DNA of 64,000 nt from the human T2T-CHM13v2.0 reference genome, Homo sapiens (GCF_009914755.1 NC_060930.1), one strand, 5' to 3'. Counted from the stretch's first letter, positions 27,578-41,570 are shown. The notes: a model not told the origin generated them from the letters alone. Translations and numbers: made by a program.

Positions 27578-30500
27578 CCTACCTGGTGCTTTGGCCTCAT
27601 CTATAAGGTAAAAGCAAAGCCATCTGTTGCTAAATATTGGAAACTCTGTGTAGCAGTGAAGATTAGAAGTAGTTAATGATTGGAGGATGACCCCTCTCAA
27701 AAAAAAAAAAAAGTTACATTGAGGGCCCCGCAGACATTGAATGAAAAATATGAACTCAAGTCAAAAAATTGTTTTCGCATTTTTTTCCAGCAGCTTTTCC
27801 ACTGTCCTGAAACAAGATAGAGAATCTGAGGTAAGATATGATCTGAAAAATGTTTGACATGGCTGCTTTTGCCATAAAAACAAAGTAGAAAATAATTAAA
27901 TGTAGTCCATTTCTAGAGTTACCTAAGTGTAGTGTTGGCTTATAAGACAGAATACCTGGACCCTGCCTCATGTGTGCCTATTGTTTGCTGAAAGGATTTT
28001 AATCCTATAATAAAATCTCTCACAACATGCCATGGAAAGTATTTCCTAGAATTCTTAAAAACTAATGAGAAGGAAGCTTGAATATGCTGATTAACATGGA
28101 AGCTTGTTACTGGAAAAGAAAAGCAAAACTGAAAGATATTGTTTTAATATCCTTTCAGCTACTCTAAAAGATTACATAACTGCACATAGAACAAGCTATA
28201 TAAAGTACAAGGCTTAGTCAAAGAAACATCAGGCTAATACCTGAGTTTTCATACTTAATACAAAAGTCTAAAATATTTCTTACCCCCGACCTGAATATGG
28301 CTTCAACTTCTCATACAATGTACTACTAGCCTAATAGATATTTTAGAATTAATTATTGCAAGTAGTTCATGTATATAAATGCATTTTTATTCAACTTTAA
28401 GTAGTTTGTTTCATTGTTTTGAGTATAAATAAGCAATCTCATCAATGATCACTTCAAAGATACAGTTTATTAAATATCTTAATCATTATTCACAAAGCAT
28501 TATAGGATTATTAGTAAAGCTCCCTAATAGATAGTATTATTATTTTCACTCTTTCCAAGGAGTCAGTTGTCAATATAAAAAAATACGTTTAGAGAATGGG
28601 TCAGTAAAGCAGCAATTTGAATAATGAAGGATATTTGAACGATTGAAGGATAATGAATCAAACTGAGGCAAACAAAGGAAGTGAGAATGAAGAATAAAGT
28701 GATGTAAAGAATTAATATAAGAATAGTAAGGAGCATTTTATAAATAAACCGTTAAAAGCAAGTTCTTCACAATAAACAAACTCTGAACAATGAGTCTATG
28801 AGGAGCTGCCACTGAACTTTAAGTTGCTCAAACACACTAACTGTGGAAGAGTAGTACAAATGACAAGTAGGCTTCCCACCAAGCAAAACTAGAAAATCAA
28901 AATTTGTTTCCAGCAGTAGCACATCTTCAAGTCCCTCCTCCTCACTTCCTCCTTTCTTTTTTCTTTGCCAAAACAAAACAGATCTACTTAAAAGGCCAAA
29001 GGCCACTGGAGAAAGAGTTTATGATCAGACAACCCAGGTGTCCTATGTCTAAAAGGGAAATACAGGTCTTGAAATGAGATAGACTGTGAAAATAATGAAT
29101 TAGTTAGAATTCATAGGGAAAGAACTTCATTCCTTAACACTTATCATCATGGTATTGTTTCTGCGGTGTGTTATTACTTCAGTAACTTCTTCCTGTAATG
29201 ATCTAGGTTACATGTAGGTATGTATTTATCACAATAATCTGATGGCTGTCTAATAACTAGTCACATACATGACATCTCTACTTCATAATAGTAGGAGCAA
29301 CTTACTCTAATCTGACTAAAGTAAAATATGATACATAAGCCTTTTTAATTCTGCAATAACCCATTCATCTTTATTATTAATAGATTTTTAAAATTACCAG
29401 TACGTATTTTTCTGAAATGTGTGCAATCAATCCTTTGTCAATTCTTTACTACTACGATCTGAAGAAAGTTGCAATCCAAAGAGAATAAGGGTTACAATTA
29501 TACTTGAAGATGAGAGTGCTAAAAATCTGTGATATGTTTGAAAACCTAGCAAATGGGTGACTCATACTTTCATTACCTTACTTGCTGCCTAGTAAACTAA
29601 ACTGGGTGCCTAAAATTCCCTTTGTTTATTTTCAACTTCAATTATATATGCACAGTATTTTAATTACTTAGCATCTATTGTTCCAGGTGCTTAGATTTTT
29701 CCACATCAAAATTCTCCAGTTTCCATTGTGTTATTTCCTGTTATAAGATTATTCAAAGTAGTTTTTTTCTTTATTGTTGTTTTTCAAAGGGAGGCAGACT
29801 GACCAGTCGTGTTTGGGGTTATTTCACAATGCTAGTTCCTTCCTGTATACAAATTCACACACGCACCCATATTCATACAAATGCTGGCCTTGGGTAAAAA
29901 AAATAAGGTTGCCAAACATTTGAAGTCTTCAGACCATTCTTTCTTTGTTCCTCCTTTGGGGAGCACCACCTCCCCTTCAATTATTCTGCATCCTGCATTT
30001 TCTCCTCTTCCTTACAAAGAGCCTGGTATCAGTCACAGCTCCTGGCACTCCTGAGTTACATGGCCTACTTCTGAGGCACGCAAAGATTTGGTAGCAAAGC
30101 AAAGGGAAGGGAAGTGGCAGACCTGTCTCTCAGCTGCCAGCTGCAATCTTTCTCGCACACCAGTGCCTCTCCTTCTTACAAGTTACGTCCTGTCGGTAGA
30201 CGGACTGGCCCAACAACAAGGTTATATCTATTGAGGTTAAACTTGCCCCAAACAGTGTTTGTTGGAGCAGAGAGGCAGAAAGCGTACAAAATAGGAAGGT
30301 GAGTTCTCGAAAGAGTTAAAATCCAGCCTTAAAAATTCCACATATGCTCAGTCAGGTAAATCATCATGAATTTTTTACTGATATTTTGTCCTAGAAGATA
30401 GTGATATTAACATATTCTAGAAAAGAAAAACCTTGATTCAGTAAAAACCTCCTTAAGTGAGAGATACATGATTAAATGTTGATGACAAAATATATTTTGA

Positions 30501-31980
30501 GGTTATCTCAAAGTTTAATGAAGTTCTAAATATATAGAATGATTGAATATACACTTTAAGAAAACATGCAATAGGTGACTGGATAGAGCTGAAAAAGAGG
30601 CATCCATATATTTTAGATTGTTCATTTCTTGTATATTTGATTTTATGTATGAGAGTGTTTGTTATCCTGATTTAGAATGAAATGACTTTGAGTGGTATTT
30701 GTGGATTCAATTTTTTTCTAGCCTGAGGAATAATCTATTGTAGAAAAGTTGAAAAGTTGCTCTAATTCGCTAATATTTCAAAGCATCATTTATTTTCTCA
30801 GGGAAAGGACCAGAAAACTCGGATCCAAACTTAAAATGTCAATACTCATAGTTTAGCATTTCAAAATGAATAACTACATGGAGTTACCAGTGATACTTTT
30901 AAAATTTATATTTTTGCTATGTGTACTGTTTCAACAAAGTCATGAGTATACCAAAGCGAGCTAACAGTCTTCATTCCAAAATGTTGCCCCAAAATAATTT
31001 CTGAACCACATGACAGATGTTTGATACAGATGACTAAATTTCCTGTCATGTTTGTTTATTGTTAATAGTAAAACCAACAGAGAGTGCTAGACTTTAGACA
31101 CTAATATCTTCAAAATATGGACTTACATGAAACTAGACAGCAATATCATCTTAAAGTACTTTTTTCTCTTAAACAAACAAATCGAAAAAAGCAAAGATCA
31201 GAGATGAAAGGAAGAAAAGTATATCGAGTGACACCATGTGTCAGCCAGACACTGGGATAGATGCTTCATATACCTTAGGTCATTTAACGTTATAGTTAAG
31301 TAGAAAATGTTTTAAAATTGTGGAGGTGTTTAACTAGTTTTTCATTTTCTAAGCCAGCACAGCTGTTGACTCACCTGTTCATAATGCAGAGATTATTTGT
31401 TCTGCCCTACGTTTCTGTTGCACAACATTTTCCCTCTCTTAAAAGTCATTTATTGAATCATCATCTGTCTCAGGCTTGATACGGTATAGCCTCTGAAAGA
31501 CTGGTTTAGTACTTAAACCCACCTTTCAAAATATTTCCAGTGCAGGCCATTCAGTGTTCCAGGTACCTAATGAGTCATTTTCTTCTTCCCAGTCTACCAA
31601 GCAGGATCTCAAAGCCTCCTTTATCTTTCTGGGTGTATACAGAGTCATTAAGCTCAAATATGTCCTTTGCCAATGGACTTGAGGGTTGGGTTTAGTTATT
31701 AACTTGGTGAGTCTCCACCCAGCTAACTATTCTAGGAAATCATTTGGTGAGTCAGGCATTCTTGTATTCACATTGCAGCGGCCAGTCATCTGCCCTAAGT
31801 GCTGCCGCCGAAGACTGAATGTCCTGGAAAGTTTGCTGTCACATCTCCATTATGACAAAAGCATTGTGCCGAACAGATGAAAAAATGCATTGTCAACGGA
31901 ATCTTTTATGTTTGTTTGTCTTCCTTTAAGCAACATTGCCTTACTTGTTATAAAAGATAAATAAATATTTGTTCATTTCA
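27450..31980 (+). ncRNA. EVADR: LTR-driven three-exon lncRNA EVADR (LINC01610): exons ~27450-27607, 27791-27830, 31779-~31980
   Basis: TATAAAA at 27421 in the MER48 LTR; donor AAG|GTAAAA (27607); acceptor TTTTTTCCAG| (27790); donor GAG|GTAAGA (27830); acceptor CATTGCAG| (31778); AATAAA at 31960-31965. Spliced length ~400 nt and position upstream of FAM135A match the recalled EVADR. Confidence 0.85.
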
Positions 31981-32595
31981 ATTCTGATGAGTCTGTGAGC
32001 TGTTACCATCAAGCACAGAGCAGCAACCTACTTTGGGATTGAGAAAGTGGGAAATCTGAAGTGAAAGTCTATGGTGATTAAACAAAACTGAAAACTAAGC
32101 CACTCCTCTTCCATCTGGTAGAGAAATTGTGACCATATGCCCTTCTCTCCACTAAGAGGAAAGACCAGACTCACTGGTTCACTGGTATGTTTTCCTTATA
32201 GTAGACTGTGGTATGACAATGCCAAGTGATAAAACTTCTATGACACCCCTCTCTCCAGTTGATCCAAAGAACTTGGAGGGGAGGAAGAGGGGAGAGATGT
32301 GAGGAGACACAGCAAGTTAGGCACCTCTGCTTTTTCGCAGGAGCAAAAATAATAGGTTCTTATCTACTTGGAAGGTGAGGATACTACTAATTCATAAAAC
32401 AACATGAACACAGTTAATTTTCTAAATGCCAAGACATAAAAAAAAAATAATCTTCTTTAGGAAAAAATTGTTTCTAAAATAAAATAATAAATTTGTATTG
32501 AATTCTTACTATGTAATAGGTGCTAAACCAAGCACCTTACATGCTTTTGCTCACAACAACTCCATAATGTTGCTGTTATTTCACCATTTTACTGA

Positions 32596-33273
<678 letters not shown>

Positions 33274-34289
33274 ACAAATAAAGAAATTTAGGACAGTAAC
33301 TGTCCCAGAGTTGCACAGCTGAGCCCAAATTTAGATGATTTCATTGCATTTGTTTTTAAGCACCAGACTATTAAATTAGGTTTTCTTATTTTTGAAGAGC
33401 CAGAACTAACGGCAAGTATGTTGTATTGCCTATATAGCAAGGAATTAAAAGAAAACTAATGTGACTAGCATGTAGCCTTACAATTAGTTTGTGTTTTATA
33501 TGTATAATACATATATATAACATATCATATATACAATAACTTGTTTTGATATTAATTTTACCATTTTTTTTAAAAATCACATGATGAAACTTTCAAAGTA
33601 ATTATTCCAAGACAATGAGAAATAACTGTATCAAAACATAGCTAAAATTCATAACATAGGCAGCATCAAGATTCAGTCCCAAAAGCAGAACCTACTGAAA
33701 GTTATAAAGTTAAAAAAAAAAAGACAGTATTCACATTTGACAAAGATGGGTTGTGGTGGCTCAAGTGTGCATTATTCTTATCTTTTCACATATGTTTAGA
33801 ATATTTTACATAGAAATATATTTATAAAAACATGGATCATTACCTATGCAGAACTTCTGGCCATTATCCTTACCTTGATTATACCCTAGGGAACCTTATT
33901 TTCCAACTTTGTATGTGAGCTCATAGGGAAAACCAGAAATAATAAAAAGAATATATGCTAGGTAGAAGCCTGTCTGAAAACATAATCTTTTTCTGGGAAA
34001 ATATAAAAGGACTATAGAGCAAGATGGTTTTTAACAACAAATTCTTTTAAAATACCATGTGATATAACTAAAAAGAAAAAAACTTCCAAATTGATTTGAT
34101 CAGGTTTACAAATCTGATATCAACAGTTGACAAATGCCAAAACAAAACAAAAAAACCAAGGGAGACTACTTGAGGAAGAAGAGAAAGAAGTAAAAAGAAA
34201 GGAAAGGAAATTAAACAAAATAGCATTTATGGATATAGATGAAGTAATGTTAAATACAATCTGCCAAATCAAATTCAAAAATATATTAA

Positions 34290-34590
34290 GACTGGGAGTG
34301 GTGGCTCATGCCTATAATCCCAGCACTTTGGGAGGCCGAGGCAGGCAGATCCTTGAGTCCAGAAGTTCAAGACCAACCCAGGCCATAGGGTGAAACCCCA
34401 TCTCTACAAAAAACACAAAAATTAGCCAGGCATGGTGGCACATGCCTGTAGTCCCTGCTACTTGGGAGGCTGAGGCAGGAGGATCAGTTTGAGCCCAGGA
34501 TGCAAGTAGCCGAGATTGCGTTATTGCACTCCAGCCTGGGCGACAGAGCGAGACCCTGTCTCAAAACAAAAAACAAACAAACAAACAAAA
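34290..34590 (+). mobile_element. Alu (AluJ)
   Basis: Dimeric Alu with (CAAA)n tail. Confidence 0.9.
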
Positions 34591-34845
34591 TATATATTAA
34601 AAGAAAAATCTGTTCCCACCAAGGAAATTTTACTCTCATGAAATTAAAGGACAGTTTAATCTAGAACACTAGACATAACCATGTGGCATTTATATGTCAA
34701 ATGAGAAAATAAAAATAGATATCAAAAGGTACCTAATACATTAGGTACCTAATACATTCAATGCCAATTCCTCATTTTTAAAACACCCACAATATACTAG
34801 AAGTAGATAGATATCTCCCAAACATAATAAATAATATTATTTATT

Positions 34846-35270
34846 GTATTAGTCAAGGGAACACCAGCTGCTATAACTTATAAATTCTGTGGTTTAATAA
34901 AATATGTTGATTTCTTATTCCTCTGTTGTTCAACTAGTGGCAGTGTCAAGGAGGTGAGGAGAGCATAATTTCAGAGTGCGACGTGTGAGGTACTGTCTTC
35001 AAGATCAAGATACTCAGGCTGATGGAGCCTCTACCATCTTCAATACATAGTTTCTCAGGCTGCCCTGAGAATTAGCATCTAACCAGCAAACAGGGAACAA
35101 AAGGAGAATATACATGGGACATTTTAAGTGGCACTCATTACTTCCACTAACATCCCACTAATTAGAACTTCGTATATTGTTGCTTCTAACTGCAAAAAAG
35201 GCTGGGAAATGTAATCTCTCTGTGTACCAGAAGAAAAACTGGGTTTGGTCAACAGTTAGCCAGTTTCTGC
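34846..35270 (-). mobile_element. MLT1 (J/K-like) MaLR LTR
   Basis: TGTATTAGTCAAGG...GCTGCTATAAC...GGCTGGGAAATGTAATCT. Confidence 0.6.
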
Positions 35271-36485
35271 TGAACCTATTCTACTGGTTATCACATAGTC
35301 TTTTATTCTTCTTCCTACACAAGCTAACCTCTTTCTCAAAAGAGACAATTCAAAATCCCAGCCAGTCACTATGTCCAGCTCAAAATACAGGATCTCCAAG
35401 TGATAATGATGTACAGTTCTTTCTCTATCTGATAAAAATGTGGCCTTATAGTTCAGCAACATATCAATTAAAATGATAAATTATCTGCCCATTTCCTTCC
35501 CCCCCACCCCCCCCACACACAGGAATATAGCACTTATTACCTTTTAATTTACTATATACCTATCTCCTTTGTTTGGTGTCACCTTCCACTAGAACTTAAA
35601 CTCCATGATAGCAGATTTTTGCCTCCCCACCCTTCCATTGCTGTATTCTCAGTGTCTACAAGTAAATAATTGTTAAATATTTATTTACCTTGCCCAAAAT
35701 AAGCATGTATTATTTTTACAGTAAAATTAATTTTAAACAGAAATGCAAATATCTTGGGAAGTGGTTAAGCATCATTCATACCTTGGTTTCAATTTCCCAC
35801 ATCTCACTGATAGAACTGAATCACCACTTTTGGAGCTGGGGTTTGTATAGGCAGGGAAAGAGAGTAGGATGGTGGAATGTAGGACTATGGAGAACTGAAA
35901 CGGCATGAAGACACTGGTCTGCAAGAGACCAAAAAAGTGGAGTCAAGAGGTGAAAGACAGGATCAGAATGAAAGGTGAGAGAGTAACAAACTTTGGTTTG
36001 AGCCACAAGAGTAATTAATTAGTTAATTAACTGATTAGGAACTTGTAAACTCCTTCATTCAATAGTAACATATTGATTTTTATCTGCCAAAACTGTGATG
36101 AGTATTTGGGATTAAAAAATGAACAAGAGACAGAGCATGACCTCGAGAAACTCATATCTGGTTTTGGGGGACAAAATATCGTGAGTATATGAGTGTGATG
36201 AGGGAGATGTGAATGGAATGTTATGACAACACAGAAAGAAAGCAATTAAACAGGCCATGGCCAAGTGGCGGACAGATCCAAGAAAAGTTTCAGGAAGAAA
36301 GAACCTGAGTCTTAGAAGAGAGGATACCATTTGTGATGGTTTCAAGGCAAAGGAGAGAAAGGCATAATGCATTCAGAAGACTGGACTTTAGGGAGTGAGT
36401 AAGGGGGTTGGAGATGTTAGCAGGTGACAGATTGTGAAGGTTCATTCTTGTCCAGTTCTAATTCCTTTAAGCCACCAAGCTGTCC

Positions 36486-36487
<2 letters not shown>

Positions 36488-36529
<42 letters not shown>
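36488..36529. repeat. (AC)21 microsatellite
   Basis: Perfect dinucleotide run. Confidence 0.97.
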
Positions 36530-36531
<2 letters not shown>

Positions 36532-38206
36532 CATGAAGGGGAGTTCTACTCCTTACATATAACTCCTTTTCATTTTTAATCTGTCTCATTGTTTTGGTAC
36601 TTTGGAAATACTCTTATCTAAATATCAACCTTGATGCCCACTGGAAAGCAATTGTAGTCCTCATCTCTGGAAAAGCTTCCTCAAGCCATCCTATTCATAC
36701 TCTCCTCCTGGTTCCATTTGCTCCAGAACCCTTTATTTCCCTCTGCCAAAGTTACTTCCATCCCAGATGCAGACATTATAAGCCTTTATAAGCTTTGCTA
36801 AGACATGTGCACTTGAACCTAGACAGCCACCAAAGAATTTTAATCCTAAGCATGATAACATAATAAAATTTACATTTTATAAAAATCACTCAGCAGTGTA
36901 GAGGATGGCTTGGAAGGGCATAAACTGGTAGCAGAAGACATTTAGAGTAAACTAAAAAAAAATAAAGGCTGACATTATGCCTTGTTATTATCAGTAAAAT
37001 AAAATATAGTTTTAGATAAATGACTGTTCATATCAGTCATAACAGAACATTCCAGTCCAGGTATGTTAAAGATCTGTTTGTTATTTGCCCTGTGGAGATA
37101 AAGGGAAAGGTGAGCAAATAATAGTATCTTCATTAGAATTTAAAAATCATCTAACATTAAATTTTATGCTCTCTGCCTACATGTAAGAAAGGCAAACTAT
37201 TAATTTGTTTAAAGGATTCATTAAACTGATTTCAGAAAAGACATAATTTTATTACCCTTTATTTTACTTTATTTATCTTTATTTTACTGTGTCTAGCAAG
37301 ACCAAAAATAATAAACTAACTCTTTAAAGATAAAAAAGATAAGTGGGTTATATCTGGATTTTTTTCCTAAAGGCTCAGAATTTTAATTAAGTATTATCTT
37401 AACATGTGTTCTTAATAAATTGTTTCATAAATGAGATAAGGTACATGAGAGTATAAAGTATATTTAATTGGAGCCTGCTTTGTGCAAAGCACTCTGGCAG
37501 ATAGAAAGAAGAGTAAAAGATGTTCCCTGCCTCAAAGAAACTTTTATATAATATATATCCCAGAAACACTCAATTTAAGATTAATACCTTCTTAGCCAAG
37601 AGAGTATACATGAAGCGTTTGTGACTATCTCAAAAACACAAGCACGATAAACAAAATATTCAGCTTCTAGACTGACAGCTTGTAAAGAATTGAGCAGACC
37701 AAACTGGGCCCAAAATCTACTTCACTCATCCTCTCCTGCTTAATGAAATATCCTGAGAAAATATCAAACGCATATTGAAAGAAATGAAAGCAATAAACTA
37801 ATTAGAACTGACAAGGTTATCTTAAAACAGGAGAATCACAGATGATGGAGACCATGACATTAGCATCTTTTTCACAACACAGAAGAAACTGAGGACTCAG
37901 GTGATTAATATGTCTTGCCTAGATTCATACAGTTTAGGGACAGCACTAGAGTTTGAATCCAATTCCCCAAATTATTAGTAGTCTTTTCATTTTACCACAT
38001 TGACAGGTAGAAGAATAGACCTCCCCAAACAATATGAAATAGCAATTATTTTCTGCATTTAGATATAGTCCAGCCCAAGTCTTCTCTAATTTATAAAAAT
38101 ATCTTTGAGAGAAAGGAGAGTTTTTGAAAAAATATATTTTAATCTTTAATCCCTTCTACTTTGCTATTCTAATACCATGGTAAGGACAATCTAAAGTAAA
38201 AATTCT

Positions 38207-38514
38207 TTTTTCTTCTTCTTCTTTTTGGAGACAGAGTCTCACTCGCTCTGTCGCCCAGGCTGGAGTGAAGTGGCATGATCTCGGCTCACTTCAACCTCCA
38301 TCTCCTGGGTTCAAGTGATTCTCATGCCTCAGCCTCCTGAGTAGCTGGGACTACAGTTGTGCATCACCACGCCTGGCTAACTTTTTGTATTTTTAGTAGA
38401 GATGGGGTTTTGCCATGTTGCCCAGGCTGGTCTCAAACTCCTGGGCTCAGGCAATCTGCCTGCCTCGGCCTCTCAAAGTGCTAGGATTACAGACATGAGG
38501 CACCACACCCTACC
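38207..38514 (-). mobile_element. Alu (AluJ)
   Basis: Antisense Alu; TSD TAAAGTAAAAATTCT. Confidence 0.93.
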
Positions 38515-38757
38515 TAAAGTAAAAATTCTCTAAGAAATTGGAAGATACCCCTATTTTGATTCTAAGAGACTGGAAATCTGCGTTATCTAAGTCCCATGGC
38601 ACTGTGCATGAGAAGGTAGAAGGAATCTTAGGCAGGGGTAGAAAGTGAGCCAAAGTGCCAAGACTGAAATATGATCGGTTTAGCTAAGGCAAAGGTTAAG
38701 ATGGAAAGGTAGGTAGGTGCTAAATTGTGAAGGGCCTTTAAAAAAATCAAATGAAAA

Positions 38758-38998
38758 ATACATATATGTATATGTAGATACATATATACGTGTATGTAGA
38801 TACATATATACGTATATGTAGATACATATATATGTGTATGTAGATACATATATAGTGTATGTAGACACATATATGTGTATGTAGATACGTAGATACATGT
38901 ATGTGTATAGAAAATACATACATATATGTAGATACATATGTAGATATATAGATATATATATGTTGATACATACATATATGTATGTATGTATACATATA
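38758..38998. repeat. TA-rich minisatellite (TATGTAGATACATA core, ~22-24 bp period)
   Basis: Directly visible degenerate tandem units. Confidence 0.9.
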
Positions 38999-39149
38999 AT
39001 GTTTTTCTAGAAAAAGTCTATCAGGCGACGAAAGACAATAATGCCTGAGAAAGAAAATAAGAGAAGTTCTATAATTGCTCTAATTTACTGCATGGAGAAA
39101 GTGTCCATGTTGTGCATCAGGGAGAGGAACGCAGACAAAGCCTGGTGAT

Positions 39150-41570
39150 CTCTGAGTTGAGAAAAACCTGGAAGTCAGAGGAGGCCATGGTAGGTAATGT
39201 TTGCAGGGTGGAGTAGAGGAGTGGTAACAGCTACATAGAGAATTCCAAAAATCTGCAGATCTCCCATGAATCTTCAGCTGGGTAATGAAAAGTGCATTTA
39301 TGTACAAATTCCATCTGAAGCTGGGGGAAACACTTGAAAAGAATTATTTCAAACAATTCCAAGTGTTCATACAGGGTTGGATATAATGCCTCTTCCTACC
39401 AAAGAGAGTGGAAAATGTCATAATTCACAAGATATCATGGAATACTCACAGAGCTGTGCCTCATATTAGGGAAAAATTGACCCTAGACTAAATGCTGCTC
39501 TTGTCCCATGTACCAAAGCATAAAAGCAAGATCTGAAAGATTCAAACTGTTTCCAAGTGACTTAACTGCACCCCATGACAAGTTTAAGAATATTTATAGG
39601 AATACAAAAATGCCAAAAACCAGCAAAGCAAAATTTACAATGTTGGCCATTGAATCATAAATTATTTGGAATTCAAAGAAAGGGGAAAATATAACCCATC
39701 ATAAGGGGAAAAACCCAACCCATTGACATTGACCCAGAAATGATAAAGGTGACAAGATAAGGATTCATGTACAAGGACATTAACAGTCATAATTATATCA
39801 TATATTCAAGAAACTAGAGGAAACATTGAACATGTAAAATAGAAACATGGATAATACAAAAAAGACATAAAATTCTAGAGTTAAGGTCAGCAAACGTTAT
39901 TTATAAAGAGTCAGAAAGTAAATATTTCAGGCTTTGCAGGCCACTTAAAGTATTCTTTCTTACGAAAACCTTTTAAAATGTAAAATCATTCCTAGCTCGT
40001 GGACTATACAAAAAAAGGGCCAAGGGATAATTGTCCATGGGTCATATTTTGCTACCTCCTGTTCTAGAGGGTAAATCTACAATGTCTGAAATGGAAAATA
40101 CATTGAATATGATTAATAGCAGAGTAGGCAAGTAGAAGAAAAGTGAACTTGAAGACATAGCAATAGAAACTATTCAAAATGAAACACAGAGAACACAAAA
40201 CACTAAAGAAAAAAGAACAGAGCTTGAGTAGGTTATAGGACTACTATAAGCTGTCTAATATATGCATAATTATAGTTCCCAAAGGAAATGAAAAATATTT
40301 GAAAATATAATGGCCGAAAATATTCCAAAATTTGGTGAAAAGTCTAAACCCATAGATCCATGAACCAACAAACCTGAAGCATAAAAAAAGTGAAGAAAAT
40401 TATACCAGGGCACATTACGGTCAAACTGCTTTTTTAAACGAAGAAAAGATTTTAAAAGCAGACAGAAGGGAGAAAAAAAGCCACATTACACAACTAGGAA
40501 TCAAAATAAAGGTAACAGCAGATTTCTTGTTGGAAACAATGCAAGAACACAGTGGAGCAGCATCTTTAAAACATTGGGAAAAAAAGTCACTCTAGAATTC
40601 TATGCCCTATGAAGATATCTTTCAAAAAGAAAGTTACAGTCATGACATTTTAAGACATGCAGAAGCAGAAAGTATACATCACTAGCACACCTACATTCTA
40701 AGAAGTGTTAAAGGTCAAGAACAAAACAATACCAGATGAGAATCTAAGTCAACACTAAAACATAAAGAGCACTGGAAATGATAACTATGTGGGAAAATAC
40801 AAAAGAATTTATCACATATTTAAATGTCTTTTAAAAATAATTGACCATTTAAAGCAAAAAAATGCATTGTGAGGTTTATAACACATGTAGAAATAAAATG
40901 TATGACAACAGCACAAAGCATGGGAATGGAAAATGGAAGTATAGTGTTATAAGGTTTTTTAATACACGTAAGGTATGTAATACACTTGACATTGGATCAT
41001 GGTAAGCAAAAACTGTATATGATAAACCTTCAAATAACCTCCGAAATACCATAAAAAGAGCAATTGCTAATAAGCCAACAAAGGAGATAAAATTGAATCA
41101 TTAAAAAATATTAATGCAAAATAAGTTTAAAAAAGAATAAAAGAGGGGAAAAGAACAGATAGTGCAAATAGAAAACAAGCAACAACATGATACATTTAAA
41201 CCAAAACATCCATAAATACATTAAATACAAGTGGTATAAACATATCAATTACAAGCCAGATTGAGACCTCCAAGAAATCCACTTTAAACATAAAGACAAA
41301 AGTAGGTTAAAAGTAAAAAGATAGGAAATTCTATATCATAGTAACATAAATCAAAATAAAGTTGAAATGATTGTATTAATACAATACTAAGTAGATTTCA
41401 GAGCAAAAAATTTCACTCGGGAAAATGAAGGCCATTTCATAATGGTGAATTATTCATATAAATTCATTGAGAGGACCTAACTATCCTAAACGAATATGCA
41501 CTTAATAAAAGCGTGTCAAAATACATGAAGTAAACACACATAAAACTACAAAGAGAAATGGATAATGCCT
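39150..41570 (+). mobile_element. Old L1M relic (5'/ORF1 to endonuclease start)
   Basis: A-rich sense strand with L1 motifs (GTGAACTTGAAGACATAGCAATAGAAACTAT, AAGTAGATTTCAGAGCAAA). Confidence 0.75.
39881..40061 (+). mobile_element. MER58-like hAT-Charlie MITE inside the L1
   Basis: Perfect 8-bp TSD TTCTAGAG; GGTCAGCAAAC...AGTAAATATTTCAGGCTTTGCAGGCC. Confidence 0.8.

Noticed and set aside
31686-31880. Stand-alone 64-aa ORF
   Set aside because: It starts at a TTG in the intron; only the exon 3 part matters, and only if exon 2 is skipped.
38628-38995. Tyr/Ile/His-rich ORFs and CRISPR-like periodicity
   Set aside because: TA-rich minisatellite with no unique spacers and no cas genes; the context is eukaryotic.
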